Position numbers and translations under genes: made by a program
Shown here: piece by piece, positions 39,501 through 52,844 of the stretch
How the letters are laid out: each line of letters starts with the position of its first letter
Position numbering within the stretch: position 1 is the stretch's first letter
The notes under the pieces: generated by a model
What the model was told of the DNA's origin: nothing
The model's input: only the letters and a program-made list of their open reading frames with translations
Databases searched by the model: none
From: Antedon mediterranea
Taxonomy: Eukaryota > Animalia > Echinodermata
Length of the DNA stretch: 64,000 bases
NCBI RefSeq assembly: GCF_964355755.1
Contig: NC_092673.1
Location: 31,493,648-31,557,647, forward strand
Reading direction: 5' to 3'

Positions 39501-42500
39501 CTTCAAGAAAAAAAGATGGTAAGAAAAAAGACATCAACAGTGTAATTTTTTTTTCTTTTAGATGATTCATGCACCAGCACCTTCACTCCTCAGCAGGCGG
39601 CTCGCATGCATTGTTACCTGGATCTTTTCTTTCAGTCATGGCAACAAGAAAGAAAACCTTCAGTAATGCCTTTACCGCCAAATGTAATCTCCAAGCTAGG
39701 TGATTCGCTTACATTGGCATGGCAGCCTCCACTTAGCGGGCACAACGTTGCATTAAACTCGGAGCTGTGCCAGGAGTGCGTAACAGGAGATGTTCTTATA
39801 CAGTATGGTAACACAGCTTCCTCACCACATTCTAAAATTACATATGGTGATTATTCACCGCAACAAGCAACGGGTTAGTGTTCTTAAGCATTATTATATA
39901 TATTGCGATTATTGTGGCATTGTATCCGCGTTTCTTACGTGGTGGCTTTCATATGTGAAAGCTAGAACAAATCTAAACAAGAAATCCTGTTCATTTCATT
40001 ATTAAGTTTCTTTACTGTTGTATATAGGTCCTCCAAACAGTGCCAGATGTGCTATAAATCCCGTAGCTTGGCGGATAGATCAAAACGAATGCGAATTCTG
40101 CAAACTAAAAGTTAATTTTAAATATCCAGTAATCCCATCAAGACTGACCGTCTGGGTGACAACAGTACGCACTGATCAAGCAATCCACGATATTGAATTA
40201 GTGACTGTAAACCGAACTCGAATCAGTCTAGGTGCCGCCGACGTTTATTGTGACATCCCCTACAGCACTAGAATCAACAACGTTATGGAACCAGTGAAAT
40301 CTGTGATAATCTACACAAATGGCCTCTATGTTGCAATTGATTCTGTCCAGTTGATATCAAAACCTGACCACGGTGGCTGTAAGTCTTGTAAGCCGATCAA
40401 GTACATTATAACAAGAAATCCACCATTTGAGGGAGAAGTCGAGAAACTGGTAGATTCTACAACATTTGTGGACGAGTAAGTTTCAATGACCATTTCCAAA
40501 ATACTTAAATTGAACGAATAAAAACACTTTTATTCTTGTTTTTTTTGTTTACCAATATCACCGTAATAGAAAATATGTTTAATTTCTAGCTCCGTCAACA
40601 AATTTACAAAATATACCTACCGTGTCCGTGTAAGCTCAGAAAACATAGTATCTGACTTATCACCACCACTTGTCATCGGAACCGGATTTAGCTTTTGTGG
40701 AAATGGTATTATTGAGAGGTTAGTGTATTGAAATCTATCAAATAAGAGAACAATTAAGTAGGCCTATACTACTAATGCGACAAATGCTTACCATTATTAA
40801 AAATTACATAAAATGTGTTTTTGTTTGGGGTTTTAGTGATGAGTCATGTGACGATGGAAACGTGTTCAACCACGACGGCTGTAACGTCAACTGTAAAGAG
40901 GAAACAGATTTCAGTTGTGAAGGTAAGTTCTTGTAATGCTCATTGTAGTATGTAACAATATTTTAGGAGTTTCTTTTTTTTTTCTATTTAAATAGCGCAG
41001 AACTTTTATTTCAGTCAAACAATACATGGATTTACCTTCAACAAATACTGTGTATCTTTTGTGAATGTAGTTTTTTTATTTTTTTATTTCAGGTGAGCCT
41101 AGCCTCTGTTACCGTTATGATAGTGACGGTCACTGCGAGGATTTTGAGAAGGAGACGAACGTTGCAGATTGTGGTTTTTATACTCCACCAAGATTCTATG
41201 ATCAGTGGGTTTCGTACGCCCGAGGCAACCCACGATATCAAGGAACAGAGTGTTCAGAAAGTAACATCTATGGAGAACCCCCGAGGGATCAGGTAATCAA
41301 ATAACTTATGTTATTTATAGTGCTTTGTTTTGTTCTTAATGTCGGCTCCATCATCCCTTGTCGGATGTATCCTTTCTCAAACATCTGCAACTTCCTTCTG
41401 GTCTTCTCTGTTCTCGCCCAAGTTGTTCATGTTTAATGCTCCTTATTTGCGTTTTTGTCTTAACTTTCTGTCAATGTGTTCATCTGTTGTCACTCCCTTC
41501 TTGCTATTGCAGATGCACTGCCCATCCCTTGCATCTACTTGTATAATGTTTAATTTATCATTAACTTAAACCAAACATTAATAGAAAAAGAGTACCATGG
41601 TAAACCCCGAAAAATGTTAAAAGTAGTGTTCTTTTGGAATAAACTACGATTCATTCATTATATATTTTTTGTCAAAGGTTTGTAGCAACGAGTTAAAAGA
41701 GGAATTTGTATGGTATCCGTGCAGGGCCGGTTTTCATGACCAAAATATATGGTTGAAGGTAAAATTACTAATAATAATATAAAGTTTATTTTCTGAATTT
41801 TTTAAGGCTATTGATATTTTTGAAAAAGTTGTGCACGGTCATGTAAAATATTGCCCATTGGTGCTAACATGAGAACTTATTCTTTTTTGTAAATTCAAAA
41901 AGTTATTTATTTTTTTCCTGATGTTAGGTTGGGTTTCCTATAGAAGTAGTTGCGACTAGAGTTCTGATTTATATCGCTGGCGATGGTGTGACATCACGGA
42001 CAACACCTCCTACACGAGCATCTGTTACGTTAGTCGACACTAGAGGTATGCTAAAAATGAACATATTTAAATAAATTGGTTATAAACATTTATTTACACT
42101 TTATTTCATATTAATAAAACAAAATAATAACTCTTTTATTTTTATTTTAAGAAAGACCATTGTTTAAAAATGCATTTTAATTTGTTTGTATTTACATAGG
42201 AGTTAATCATGTTTTGAACAAAGATGTACCACTCCTGTGTACTTCCAACCCAGCCACTTTTAATGTACAACACGACCTCAGCAAAAGATTTTACTACTCA
42301 CGCGAAGTCCTCATCGAGTTCGATTACAAATATGTCAGAATTTCAGGTGTTCGCCTAAGATCTTTGAAAGATTTTGACCTATACAATTTACAATCGTGCG
42401 GTGATGACGATCTGTACAATCCAGTTACCAAACAGTGTAACCGGTACTCGTGTGATATGCCCACATGTATAGTTCCAGAGGTGCAACACGCAACTCTTAA

Positions 42501-45500
42501 TCGACAAGTAGGTGATATTGTGAAAGAAGGAGACATTTATACTATACAATGCAACAAAGGTTACAGACCAGTATTCAAATATAAGGTAAGATTAGTTAAA
42601 TATTTAACATAAATACAATATTAATACTCCATATGTATGTTTCCATGGCAATGGGCAAATTTCATTTTTCCTGGTTTTTTTTTAATGGATATTGGTAATG
42701 TTTTGATAAACGATATTTTTGTTTTTATTTATTTGATTTGATGAAAAATAAATAGTTTATGTATAAGAATAATGCATTATGTATGTAAACTCATTAATTA
42801 GAGCTCGAACCTCTTTCATGTTTTTATTTTCTTTTCAATTTGGCTTACATCAGCAGCAGATCCCACATGACCATCCTAACCACCCACCCCCCCCCCCCAA
42901 ACACACACACACATACATACCACTTCCTAACCTAAAAAAAAGATTTTAAAAATACAAATACAACCTTGTATCTATCGTCCACTATTGAGTGTGAGTATTT
43001 AATACACAAACATTTTGCCACCAAATCTTTGATTCTTAAGCTTGGTTCCCAGGCGACTGTTTGGAATAATCGCTTGTGATTGCTCAAATCACTTTGCTTT
43101 GCGTTACGTTCTTTACGTTGCGTCGTAGTGGGAACCAAGCTTAAAGCTTGGTTCCCACTAGAACGTACCGTAACGCAAGGACGTAAACGCAACGCAAACG
43201 TTTTAACTAATGAAGTTATAGACAGTAAGCCATCGCTTGTGATTGGTCAATTCACTTGCGTTGCGTTACGTCCTTGCGTTACGTCGCTAGTGGGAACCAC
43301 GCTTACGAGAGAACGGCTCTTAACAGTTTTATTGTCTTGCCAGATAATGTGTGTAAACGGCCAGTGGGAAGACCACCAAGTGATATGTACACCTGTTGAT
43401 TGTGGGTTTCCTCACGTCCCTTACGCAGTGACTTCATGTCCAGAAGGAATACTCTATGGAAGTACTTGTCATTTTGAATGCAATGCAACAGCAAAAATGC
43501 AAGGTAATTACGTTTCCTTTCCTTTTAGTCAATGATTCCATTCGTCGAAAATTATCAAATATTGTTTTGAGTTGATAGGTACTAATTTAAAAAATAAACG
43601 TGGCCCTTGGTTATTCAATGCAAACACGTTGCCTTTTAGCCTATCTTACAACACTGTGCTATTAAACACAAAAACATTGTGTATTATAGGAACAGACAAC
43701 CGTGTAACCTGTTTAGATGATGGTGGATATTCTTTACCAAATGCATTTTGTCAACAAGAATGTGCATCACCAACAGAACCAGAAAACTCGTTTCAAGTTC
43801 CTAATCAGAAAATCACGTTTACCATCGGAAGCTACGTTATTTTTAAATGTAAAGCTGGATACCACATTAAAGATAATCCAAAGAGGTAAGTTGAACATTT
43901 TATAGAAAAGTTCAATGACGTTACCATAACACTCATAATTCATCATTTCAAATCTTTTTAAAGAAATTTATTGTCTGAATCCCGATCATACAATGTTTAA
44001 AAAAGGCAGAAAAAATATATTGGTATATCTGTAATATGTTTATTATTATTTACAAGACATTTTAAACGCTAAATTTAACTTATCTGAATTATGTTTGTTT
44101 ATTAGCCGACGAATTCGTCTAAAATGTGGAGATAACTTCGAATGGTTAGGTCCGTCGTGTGTCCGTAGAGAATGTACTCCTCCTCCTCCTTCTTTCTATA
44201 ACGGAGTGTATAGTTGCAGTAATGGCAATTATTTTCATAGTGAATGTAGAATTCATTGTCCAGGTACCATCGATAGCGTGGTGAGTATTTTTGGAAATTT
44301 TCTGTTTATGCCCATCTACACTAGGACGATAACGATCGACGATAAATAGACAAATATGCATTTTCCGTACATAAAACAAAACAAATATAAACACTTTTGA
44401 ATCAAAGACCTATAACCATCTATGCTTCCTTTGATGAAAATGATATTTTAACACGTCCTATCAAATGACGTCATGATTAGTAAGAGCAAAAATATGTATT
44501 GTCACGATATTTTTGCTCTTATAACAATGTTATGGTTTGTATTTATCATGACGTCATTTGATGGGAATTTAAAAAGTATTATTTTATCAAAGACAGCATA
44601 ATTGATTGTCCTATAGTTCTAGAACGAAAACCTTCTAATTTCTTTTGTTTTATGTAATCAAAATGTATGCTTATATATTTATCGTCGATCGTTATCGTCC
44701 TAGTGTAAATGGGCCTTTTAAGCCATTTCATCTTTGTACCATTCTAGCAAGGCATGGGAATTTGTAAAATATAATCTCGCAATCCTAGTCTCTTGGAAAC
44801 GGTCATACTAATTAAATATTATTACAACTCTTCCCAAATCATATCCGTGGTAAAGCAGTTATTATGGCTATGGAGTTGACGGACTTTAAAACTTGGTAGG
44901 ATGTTTGTATTTGACACCAGGTGCAATAGATTTATGCTCGTTTAAAAGGCTGTATTATCGTCGTGTATAGCGCTTCTCTTTTGTTCTCCATATGTCACAT
45001 AGATTTAAGTCGAGTATAATTTTGTGTAGGCCTACAGTTGTTTTAGAATTATTTACATTCGATAGTTAAACATAACTAAATTCCAATCACCAACATCAGT
45101 ATGTAATAATAACAATGTTATTTTTAATCGTTGATGTTTTCTTTAGGCTACTGTAAAGTGTTTGAAAAAAGGCTGGGATAAGACTTGGGATGCAGCGTTT
45201 GAAGGTTGTCGTCAAAATATGGACTCTCACCACTGTCCAGAACCTGAAAATAGCAACGAAGTGAAGTTTACCTGTAATTTAAATACTTACACCATTGGTA
45301 TGTTTGTAATATAATGGTTTTTTACATATATTTTTCTCTAAACATTTTCATTTCAATACACTATACGTATAATTATATTAACAATGTTTGTTTTTATCAT
45401 CTGTTTACGTACACTTTTTTACAAATAACATTTTCCAGCGGCATTTCGTTTTTATCTTTTCTCTACATAATTTCTACTAGTACTGTACTGCATTCCTTTT

Positions 45501-47224
45501 TCATACATTATTATCTCTAACACAATTCCATTAACTTTTACTTACTTTTCCTGCAATTGTTTACATTTTGTAAATCAATTCATATAATAACTTTCAAAAT
45601 ACTAAACCAGGTCATTCCTTGCCTTAAATGTTTACATTTTGTAAAAACATCTTTAAAAATATTAAAACCATGGCATTTTGTGTCTTAAAATGTACGTTCT
45701 GAGGTTAATGATAAAAAGAGAAAAACATTACCCGTAGCTCACGTTGAATGTTCTCTCGTACAGGTTCTTGGGCCTACCTTATCCAGGTTTAGTTTTGTAG
45801 TCCTAGTTGTTAAAGAGCAGCAATGAAACGTACGAACATCGTATGCTAGCTATAGCCTACGATATCTCGTTGCTTTTTATTGACAGAATCTGTTAATACA
45901 AATTGGAGAAGACAGACCCAGTATTTTCACTGAAAGTCTTCTAATATTTGTTTTCCTTCACGATCAATCACAAACAAAAACAATATTAATCCGCGCTCGA
46001 TGCATTCTGGAATTTTATGTTTATATTATTTATATGCGTGTCTTTAGATTTAAATTATCTGTAAAGCAATATTAAAAATTTAGGGGCGAAACTGTTTACT
46101 GTAATTGTAGGCTTACTTTTGGCGAGACAAACCTCATGGGTGACATCATGTTTTATTGCTTTGTCTCTCCTCGTAATTATCTTTTTATCAGTGTCTAGGC
46201 CTATTATTTTTATTATATTTTTGGTTTTTCAAAATGAATTGAATAAAAATAAGTAAATTTTGAGTTAAAAATGAATTGAGGTGGTTGTGTATAAATACAA
46301 AATAAGAACTCTTTAAATTAAAATTTAATTTGGCTTGATTTATAAATAGGTACAAACTGCACCACAGCTTGTGCAGTTGGTCATGAAGCTGCGATATTCG
46401 ACAACGGTGAGCCAACTTACACGTGGAAATCGAACTCAAAACACATCATCTGTACAGATCAGCGCCAATGGTACCCAGATCCCTCGGCTGTCTCCTGTGT
46501 CAAAGTCTGTCAAGAGGTAAGTTGCACTGATTCATTTTGCACAATACTTTTGTTGAATGGATGGATTTGTTTCAGCATTCTCCATTTCACCATTTTAGTC
46601 CCCATAGCTGGTTATAGGTTTAACAGTAATTTTGTCGAACATCTTGTTTTGGAGCTTATTGCAACATGATCAGTAGTAGGCTACATGTTTCTTAAATCTG
46701 TTAATTGTTCTTATGGTCGACTGTATTGCAATTAGTTTATCTTCGGCAGTGTTCAGAAAAGGTCAAACAACATATTTCATGGTTTTTCTGTTGCCAGCAA
46801 ATTTGATTTTATTTAGAATTACCGAAAATAACAAAACACCAGGAAAACTAATGCGAAAAATTGTCCGAATCTGACTTAATCACCATAATATGAATATTAC
46901 TGTAACATATAGTTATTCTGTATGATACAACAGAATTCCGATGGTTCCATTGAGGACTTTCATAGCAAAAATTAGTTTTTAAAACTTAATTTTTTACGAA
47001 ATAGTGTTGGTCATTTCAAACTATAAATTTCCATTTTTTATTTCATCTTTCAGAACTTTATCAGTGACGGATTTTGCGATAGAATTAACAACCGAGCTTA
47101 TTGTAACTGGGACGGTGGAGATTGCTGCCTGTCAACTGTTACTGATAATGAGGTTATACCTTTTCCGCCAAATTGTAAAGCAGACTGTACGTGTCGTGAC
47201 CCCAATGCTGTTGAGAACCAATAG
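36567..47224 (+). CDS. PAPPA: Pappalysin (PAPP-A/PAPP-A2 family metzincin), complete, 18 exons
   Basis: Exons 36567-36897, 37540-38584, 38721-38866, 39108-39404, 39562-39873, 40028-40475, 40590-40718, 40837-40922, 41093-41292, 41678-41758, 41928-42045, 42200-42585, 43344-43503, 43690-43885, 44106-44280, 45147-45297, 46350-46516, 47054-47224 (TAG). Signal peptide, furin site RSKR, LamG-like domain, LNR1-2, zinc motif [11 protein letters not shown], Met-turn NYMSY, RMHCYLD, five CCP modules and C-terminal LNR3 ([14 protein letters not shown]). Confidence 0.96.
41335..41545 (-). mobile_element. Possible decayed RTE-like 3' fragment in a pappalysin intron
   Basis: Minus-strand translation gives WAVHL and DNR remnants with stops; composition differs from the flanks. 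Confidence 0.3.
43038..43305. mobile_element. Two adjacent Harbinger-like MITEs (AGCTTGGTTCCCAC...GTGGGAACCAAGCT)
   Basis: Two TIR pairs joined at TTAA near 43141; remnant near 58800-58930. Confidence 0.7.
44308..44716. mobile_element. Palindromic Harbinger-like MITE
   Basis: GCCCATCTACACTAGGACGATAACGATCGACGATAAATA is inverted at 44677-44714; the interior is also self-complementary. Confidence 0.75.
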
Positions 47225-47639
47225 AAATTAACCATTCCTGAAAATTGTATGTCAATGTAATTTTCCGTTGGATACACAATATTTTAATTTTTTACTATAT
47301 AAAGGCCATCATATGTAATATTTAATATTATATTCAAAAGTATCAGTTAAGTAGTTAAGTAGGCCTAGGCCTATGTTTGAATTATAAGAGAATCCTTTTT
47401 TATAACATAAAATGCTATGAAATCTTCAACGCATTGCGAAAATCAGAGTGAACATAATACAAACTAGAATATGATTTTAATTATCTATACATTGTAATCG
47501 CGTCTTTGTAGTGTAATACTGTGTAGGCTATCTTTGTAAATATTGTGTACACATATATTGTTTATTCAGTATAATACTTCAGTACAATAATGATTCAGAA
47601 CAATATACTATTAGGATAAGGATTCAGAGGATCAGTGAT

Positions 47640-48082
47640 GCTGTCGGTGAGGTGTGTGCTCCGTGAAGTGGCTGTAAGGTGTGTGCTCCGTGAGGTGGCT
47701 GTAAGGTGTGTCTGGGCTCTTCTGAAACTTGGGAGTATATTGGCTTCGGTTCATTTGCATATGTCAATACGTAATTTTAGAGGTTACTGATTGGTCCTAA
47801 GTTGATCCAGGGGTGTTTAAGTGGGAGTGATTGATCTTATCTGGGGAGGTTACAATGATGAATTGGCCCTGTCGAATCTCTGCTTAAAACTGTCAATATC
47901 TAATTGTTTTACGATGGGAGAGGTCACAAAGTTATTCTTTAGGGATTCGATTATAAACTAAATGGACATTAAAACATCTGGACAAACTCTCCTCTGGACT
48001 TTCTGGGCCAAGTTCGTGAACTTATTTGATATCTAATACAAAGGTTGATTTCTTAATTATAAAAGTATATCATTATATTACA
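47640..48082. repeat. LTR-like dispersed repeat, copy 1
   Basis: About 430 bp aligns with 52905-53334; both copies end TATATTACA; 27-bp subrepeats. Confidence 0.7.
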
Positions 48083-48124
48083 TCCCTCTGTTTCTCTTTT
48101 TTTCTCTAATCTATTTCAAATATA

Positions 48125-48263
48125 TAGGCTATATTTGTAAATATAGTGTAGGCCTACATTTTAATCGCGTCTTTGTAGTGTAATACTGTGTAGGCTATAT
48201 TTGTAAATATTGTGTAGGCCTACATTTTAATCGCGTCTTTGTAGTGTAATACTGTGTAGGCTG
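48125..48263. repeat. 67-bp tandem repeat, with a further unit at 47487-47549
   Basis: TAATCGCGTCTTTGTAGTGTAATACTGTGTAGGCT at about 47495, 48162 and 48229. Confidence 0.8.
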
Positions 48264-48300
48264 TGTAAATTGTTTATATTGTAAATATTGATACAGTAGA

Positions 48301-48306
48301 AATAAA
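48301..48306 (+). terminator. Candidate pappalysin polyadenylation signal
   Basis: AATAAA followed by a GT/T-rich tract about 1.1 kb after the stop codon. Confidence 0.4.
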
Positions 48307-48368
48307 CTATTTTACTAACTGTTTGTGTTGTTATTTTATGGTAATTTATCTAAGGCATAGACTGCGCA

Positions 48369-48505
48369 GCAGTGGCGTAACGGCTATGAGCGCTCACTGG
48401 CTAATCCAATTGGCCCTTGAGAAGTTCCCAAAGAAAAAGGGCATTAAAATATGCCCAAAAAGGGCCTCAGCCAGGGGGCCTCAGCTCCCTCGTTACGCCA
48501 CCACT
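48369..48505. mobile_element. hAT-like MITE (CAGTGGCGTAACG...CGTTACGCCAC)
   Basis: Short TIRs; a related end lies near 30997-31009. Confidence 0.5.
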
Positions 48506-50203
48506 CCGCAAGTCGAGAATGGGGAGATACACATGTTAAGGAGGAAGTGTAACAGAAATCGAAGTTTAGAGATAGTAAAAACTGAGAATATTTCCATCTA
48601 ATTTTTAAACGCATTTTGAGAAGTTTTATCGGGTGGTACGGTCACCCAGTTGGAAGAGCTCAAGCAGACGATGACACGTACACACGTAGAGAGTTCTGAC
48701 CAAGGGTGCAGGCGCGCCCGATTGATTTATTGAAGCAAGAAGATGTTTTCTCATTTCCTTGCCCTTTCCTTTTGATCTACAAAAAATGTTTATAATTATA
48801 CGCTCACTTCATGTAAGCTATTTTATTTTCATGGATTTAAATGTATTTATTCTAGAACGACGTTTGAAAAAAAAATGCTAACAAATTTGTTTTAAAGGAC
48901 CGTATATAATGCCTGTGTATATCTTTCACGTGTGTAAATTTGATGAAAACAATAGTGCTAATTATCAGCATTAGCAACACCTCAATTGTGATCGTATTGT
49001 GTGTATTTGTGGATTAACTTTGTTCTGTGCGATGACAAACACCTTTATTTGAATGTTAAAATGCTGGACGTAGGCCTAATCTTCATACAAAGAAAGGCTT
49101 TATTTTGTATGTACACAGATGTAAGTAATAATAAAATGCTCTCTAACCATACGCTAAAATTCTACAGTCGGCCGAATTTAAAATGTTTATGTAAATGGAA
49201 TAATATGCACAAAATATATAAGCGCTTCATAGTTTTACTCCGGTAATGTTTAAATCAAACACGACTGTATATTTGTTTTTCCGTTAATGTTTTAACTTTG
49301 TATGAGACAAGCACCACTATTTCCACTTGTTTTGTGGACGAAATAAAGTTATCTTAAAAAATATTACCATAATGTTTTTGCAATCATATCAGTAATCAAC
49401 GCAGTTGTGTTTTGACGTAATACCCATTTGTATACTGTACCTGGGTGGAGCATGGATTAAAGAATAGAATGTATTCTTTAATCCATGGGTGGAGAGAGGC
49501 AAGCGTCTGCATAACTTGGATACAAGCAATGAGACGAGCGGTGGATTCAAACTCACGATCAGTTCCCAAAGTTTAACGACACTCAACTCAGGGAAGAGAC
49601 TTTAAACAACAGAAGGCTCTAGTAATATGACGTAAGACATAATATATTTATTAAAACTTATTTACAATACACATGAAATTCAGTCTCAATGTTTCAATGT
49701 ATTTTAAAACGTTATCGATAGTACTGCCATGAATCGCAATGAAAATAGTAACAATTAAGTTGTTGTTTATAACTACAGTATGTACAATTATGAATTGGTA
49801 AAACACCCGGTTATACCCGGCACCCTAATACACATTGAATGCAACTTAAAGTCCAAAATCTTTAATTGATTTTGTATTAATGTTCTAAACAGACAGGGTG
49901 AATGTTTTTAGATTCTATATAAAATTAGCCTAAAATAAATTCGTATTTACATATTATTTGTTAACAGACGCGAAAAAAGTGCCTTTTTATAACACATTGA
50001 GAAAATAGCAACTAAAATTCATATTATTATACAAAATGCGTGGTCTGCATTGGTTAAAAGACGGTTTTTCTTTTTCTTTATTAAGGCCATGAAAGAATGT
50101 GTATAATCAGTCAATTTCAATGAATTACTGTATTGTTCAAGCATCAACATTTTCCAGAAATAATAGTCTAAATCTACTTCTTTCGTCTTTTTCTTTCGCG
50201 TGA

Positions 50204-51512
50204 TTATACGTCTTGTCTGCACCGTCGTCTGTCATCTATAGTTTCCATTTGTTTACAGGATTCCATCTGATCTATAATACTTTGATGCCACAGACAACAT
50301 TTTTTATAGAGGTTCCGAGAGGCGTTTGGCGGGTAACATTTCTGTACCTGATTTACTATGGCTTCTTGGGCGCTATCATAGTTTCTGCGTTGTTTTCTCT
50401 TTTTTAGCAATACCATTGACGACACATGTTCAATGTCACAAGAGACAAATTCACGAGCGACCTTTTTACCGAGTTTACAACACTTTTTTGCATCGTATTT
50501 GGAAACTGCGGCATCAACGACCACTGGTTTCAGATCAGCTGTGTCTTTTTCAATCTCCTTTATCATCACTGTAAACAGTAAATAAGTACACAGTTAATGT
50601 ATTTTTTCTATATCATTTTCTAATTCATTTTTTGAGCGACAACAAAACTAATCAATTTCTGCTGGTTATTTCTTTTCTAAAATGTATAAATATAGGAGTG
50701 AAAAGTATTAGAAATAATTATGTTCTATTTGATTCCAGCCGATTCGTCCCGGGCCGATTCGTATCAGTGCCGCTTCCGTACGTATCAGTACTATACTGTT
50801 AATTGCATCGGAAAGCATTCATCTATTTTTAACTTTGACTAGGCCTATATAGGCCTACCTTTTAATTAAAATTTAGATCCCCAGATAGATATCAAAACAT
50901 GGTACCAGCACATTATTACATAATAAAATAATAGAACAACGCCTTATTTTGTGAGATTATGCAAAATGCTGTTCATCAATTCGCTAGAAAGTTATAAGTG
51001 TTATTCTCATCAATATTAGAGATATATTAATCTTATAATTTAAATATCAGAACTGATTAGCTTTTTATGCATTCGACAAATAGTGATACATATTACATTC
51101 CAGCCATGCTCTCTTCCAATATGAACAGTTTTAAAGCACTCACTGTGGCACTAAGATGATAGATTTATATGAACAATTCGATCTAGACTATTGATATTAT
51201 TACATCCCAAAAGTCAATATCTGTTTGGGCCGATATCTAAATATAATGCTCACAGATAGGCCTAGATCGAAATATGGAAAATAGTAAACTAGCGCGTTAT
51301 CACATCATTGAGTAATACATTAATTACATTTCTTAGTCACACAGTAAAAGAAACGGAATCCGAAGAAGCTACAAAAGAAGGGTGCCCAGAAGAAGAAGCT
51401 ACTAATATATTAATTATGTAAAATAAGTAGGCCTATGTAACTTACCACTTAAAATAGATGAGACGCAACATGTTAGAAAAAACACCGTCAAAATAATAAT
51501 ATCCCTCTTCAT
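50204..51512 (-). CDS. Small secreted Cys-rich protein (143 aa) with an anaphylatoxin-like module
   Basis: Coding exon 51446-51512 gives MKRDIIILTVFFLTCCVSSILS (signal peptide) with a phase-1 G|GTAAGT donor; it joins exon 50204-50568 (tttacag acceptor, phase 1). Cys pattern CC-x12-C-x33-C-x12-CC-x12-C-x11-C, with CCKLG...SC. Confidence 0.75.
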
Positions 51513-51582
51513 CTTCAATCACTGAAATTGAAAAATAGGTTTTTTGAGTAATGACGTTAACTATTCTTTCTCTGTGGTGTAC

Positions 51583-51690
51583 CTTCTGTGTGATCAACTG
51601 GTCGTACAAGTCTTTTATATGTGGCAAGCGACGCGTTCTGTCACGCGCTAAATATTGAAATGTCAAAGTGAAACTGACCAATCGCAATGA
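51583..51690 (-). promoter_or_regulatory. TATA promoter and short non-coding exon of the anaphylatoxin-like gene
   Basis: TATAAAAG at 51612-51619 (minus), CCAAT box near 51678, donor AAG|GTACAC at 51583, 61-nt intron to the tttcag acceptor at 51521. Confidence 0.5.
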
Positions 51691-52578
51691 TTCAGCTAAA
51701 AGGAAGTGGTTGGACTTACAACAAGCCATTGAAGCGATTTATGGTTGTGATTATTTCAGTTTCAAAACACACACACATCATGAGATTAGTAGATTACAAA
51801 CACCTCAATCATTCCATGCCTCAATTAAAAGCACACTCAAGGAGATCTCTATAGAAAGGTGTGTTTGGAAAATGGCACTTTAATTAACACATCTTGGAAT
51901 ATTGGAAATGTGTTGTTATTGAAGAACTTTGTGGTAGTTGTTTGTACATTAGTGTTTTTGTTTCAAGGGTATTTACAGGTGTTCATTTTGTGGTATTCAA
52001 CTCAATTTTTTCACAGAATTAGATTAAGAACCTAAAATATTGTCAATGGTATTTAAAAAAGTGTTTGGATCGTCATGCAACACAGATGTAATAATGATAT
52101 AGTGGATGGTTTCTATTTCAAAATAACACATTATTATTATTTTGTATAAGTACGGTATTAATTAACCTTTTCAAATCAAGAAAATTAAGTAGAAAAATAA
52201 CGAAACTGTTTCCCGTTCTTTTTATAGGAAATCCATATCGTTCATGATTATCTCTCATTCAATGTTTTAATTGTATCAAATGGGCATATTCAAGTATGAA
52301 AATAAAAATCATCATTAAGAAGCTAGCCGGTTAAAAAAAACCTAAAAGGCATCGAAAGAATTCACAAGAACAACCACAACCAATCAACACAACAATCATA
52401 ACATAAAAACAAGTCACATAGAAGGAGAAGCGAAGAATTCCATTAAGGAACTTTGCAGTTTTATGGTTGTTCTGTACCGTAGGCTATACACTAAAATGTT
52501 AAAAACAAGCACATTCATTTTAATTTTTGTAAGGAAAATGAAACTTTGAAACAATCTATATAAATACATAAATGTATT

Positions 52579-52611
<33 letters not shown>

Positions 52612-52844
52612 TCAACATTTATTAGCTTCTATCAATGGTAAAACAATACAATAAAAAAGAATGATAATTTATAATGATAAAATACAAAAATACCATTAAT
52701 AGAGGATCTTGCAAGAAGAGAATACTTGTCACGCAAGACCCATAAACAAAAGAAAAAAAATACATTTGTATATAATTATTAAATAAAATAAAAAAGTTCT
52801 TATATCTCATAGTACCCGTACTTCCATGATTTTTAGTAGGCGTG

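Noticed and set aside
51442-51729. 95-aa ORF from the track
   Set aside because: Wrong frame; the credible coding frame is the signal peptide starting at 51512.
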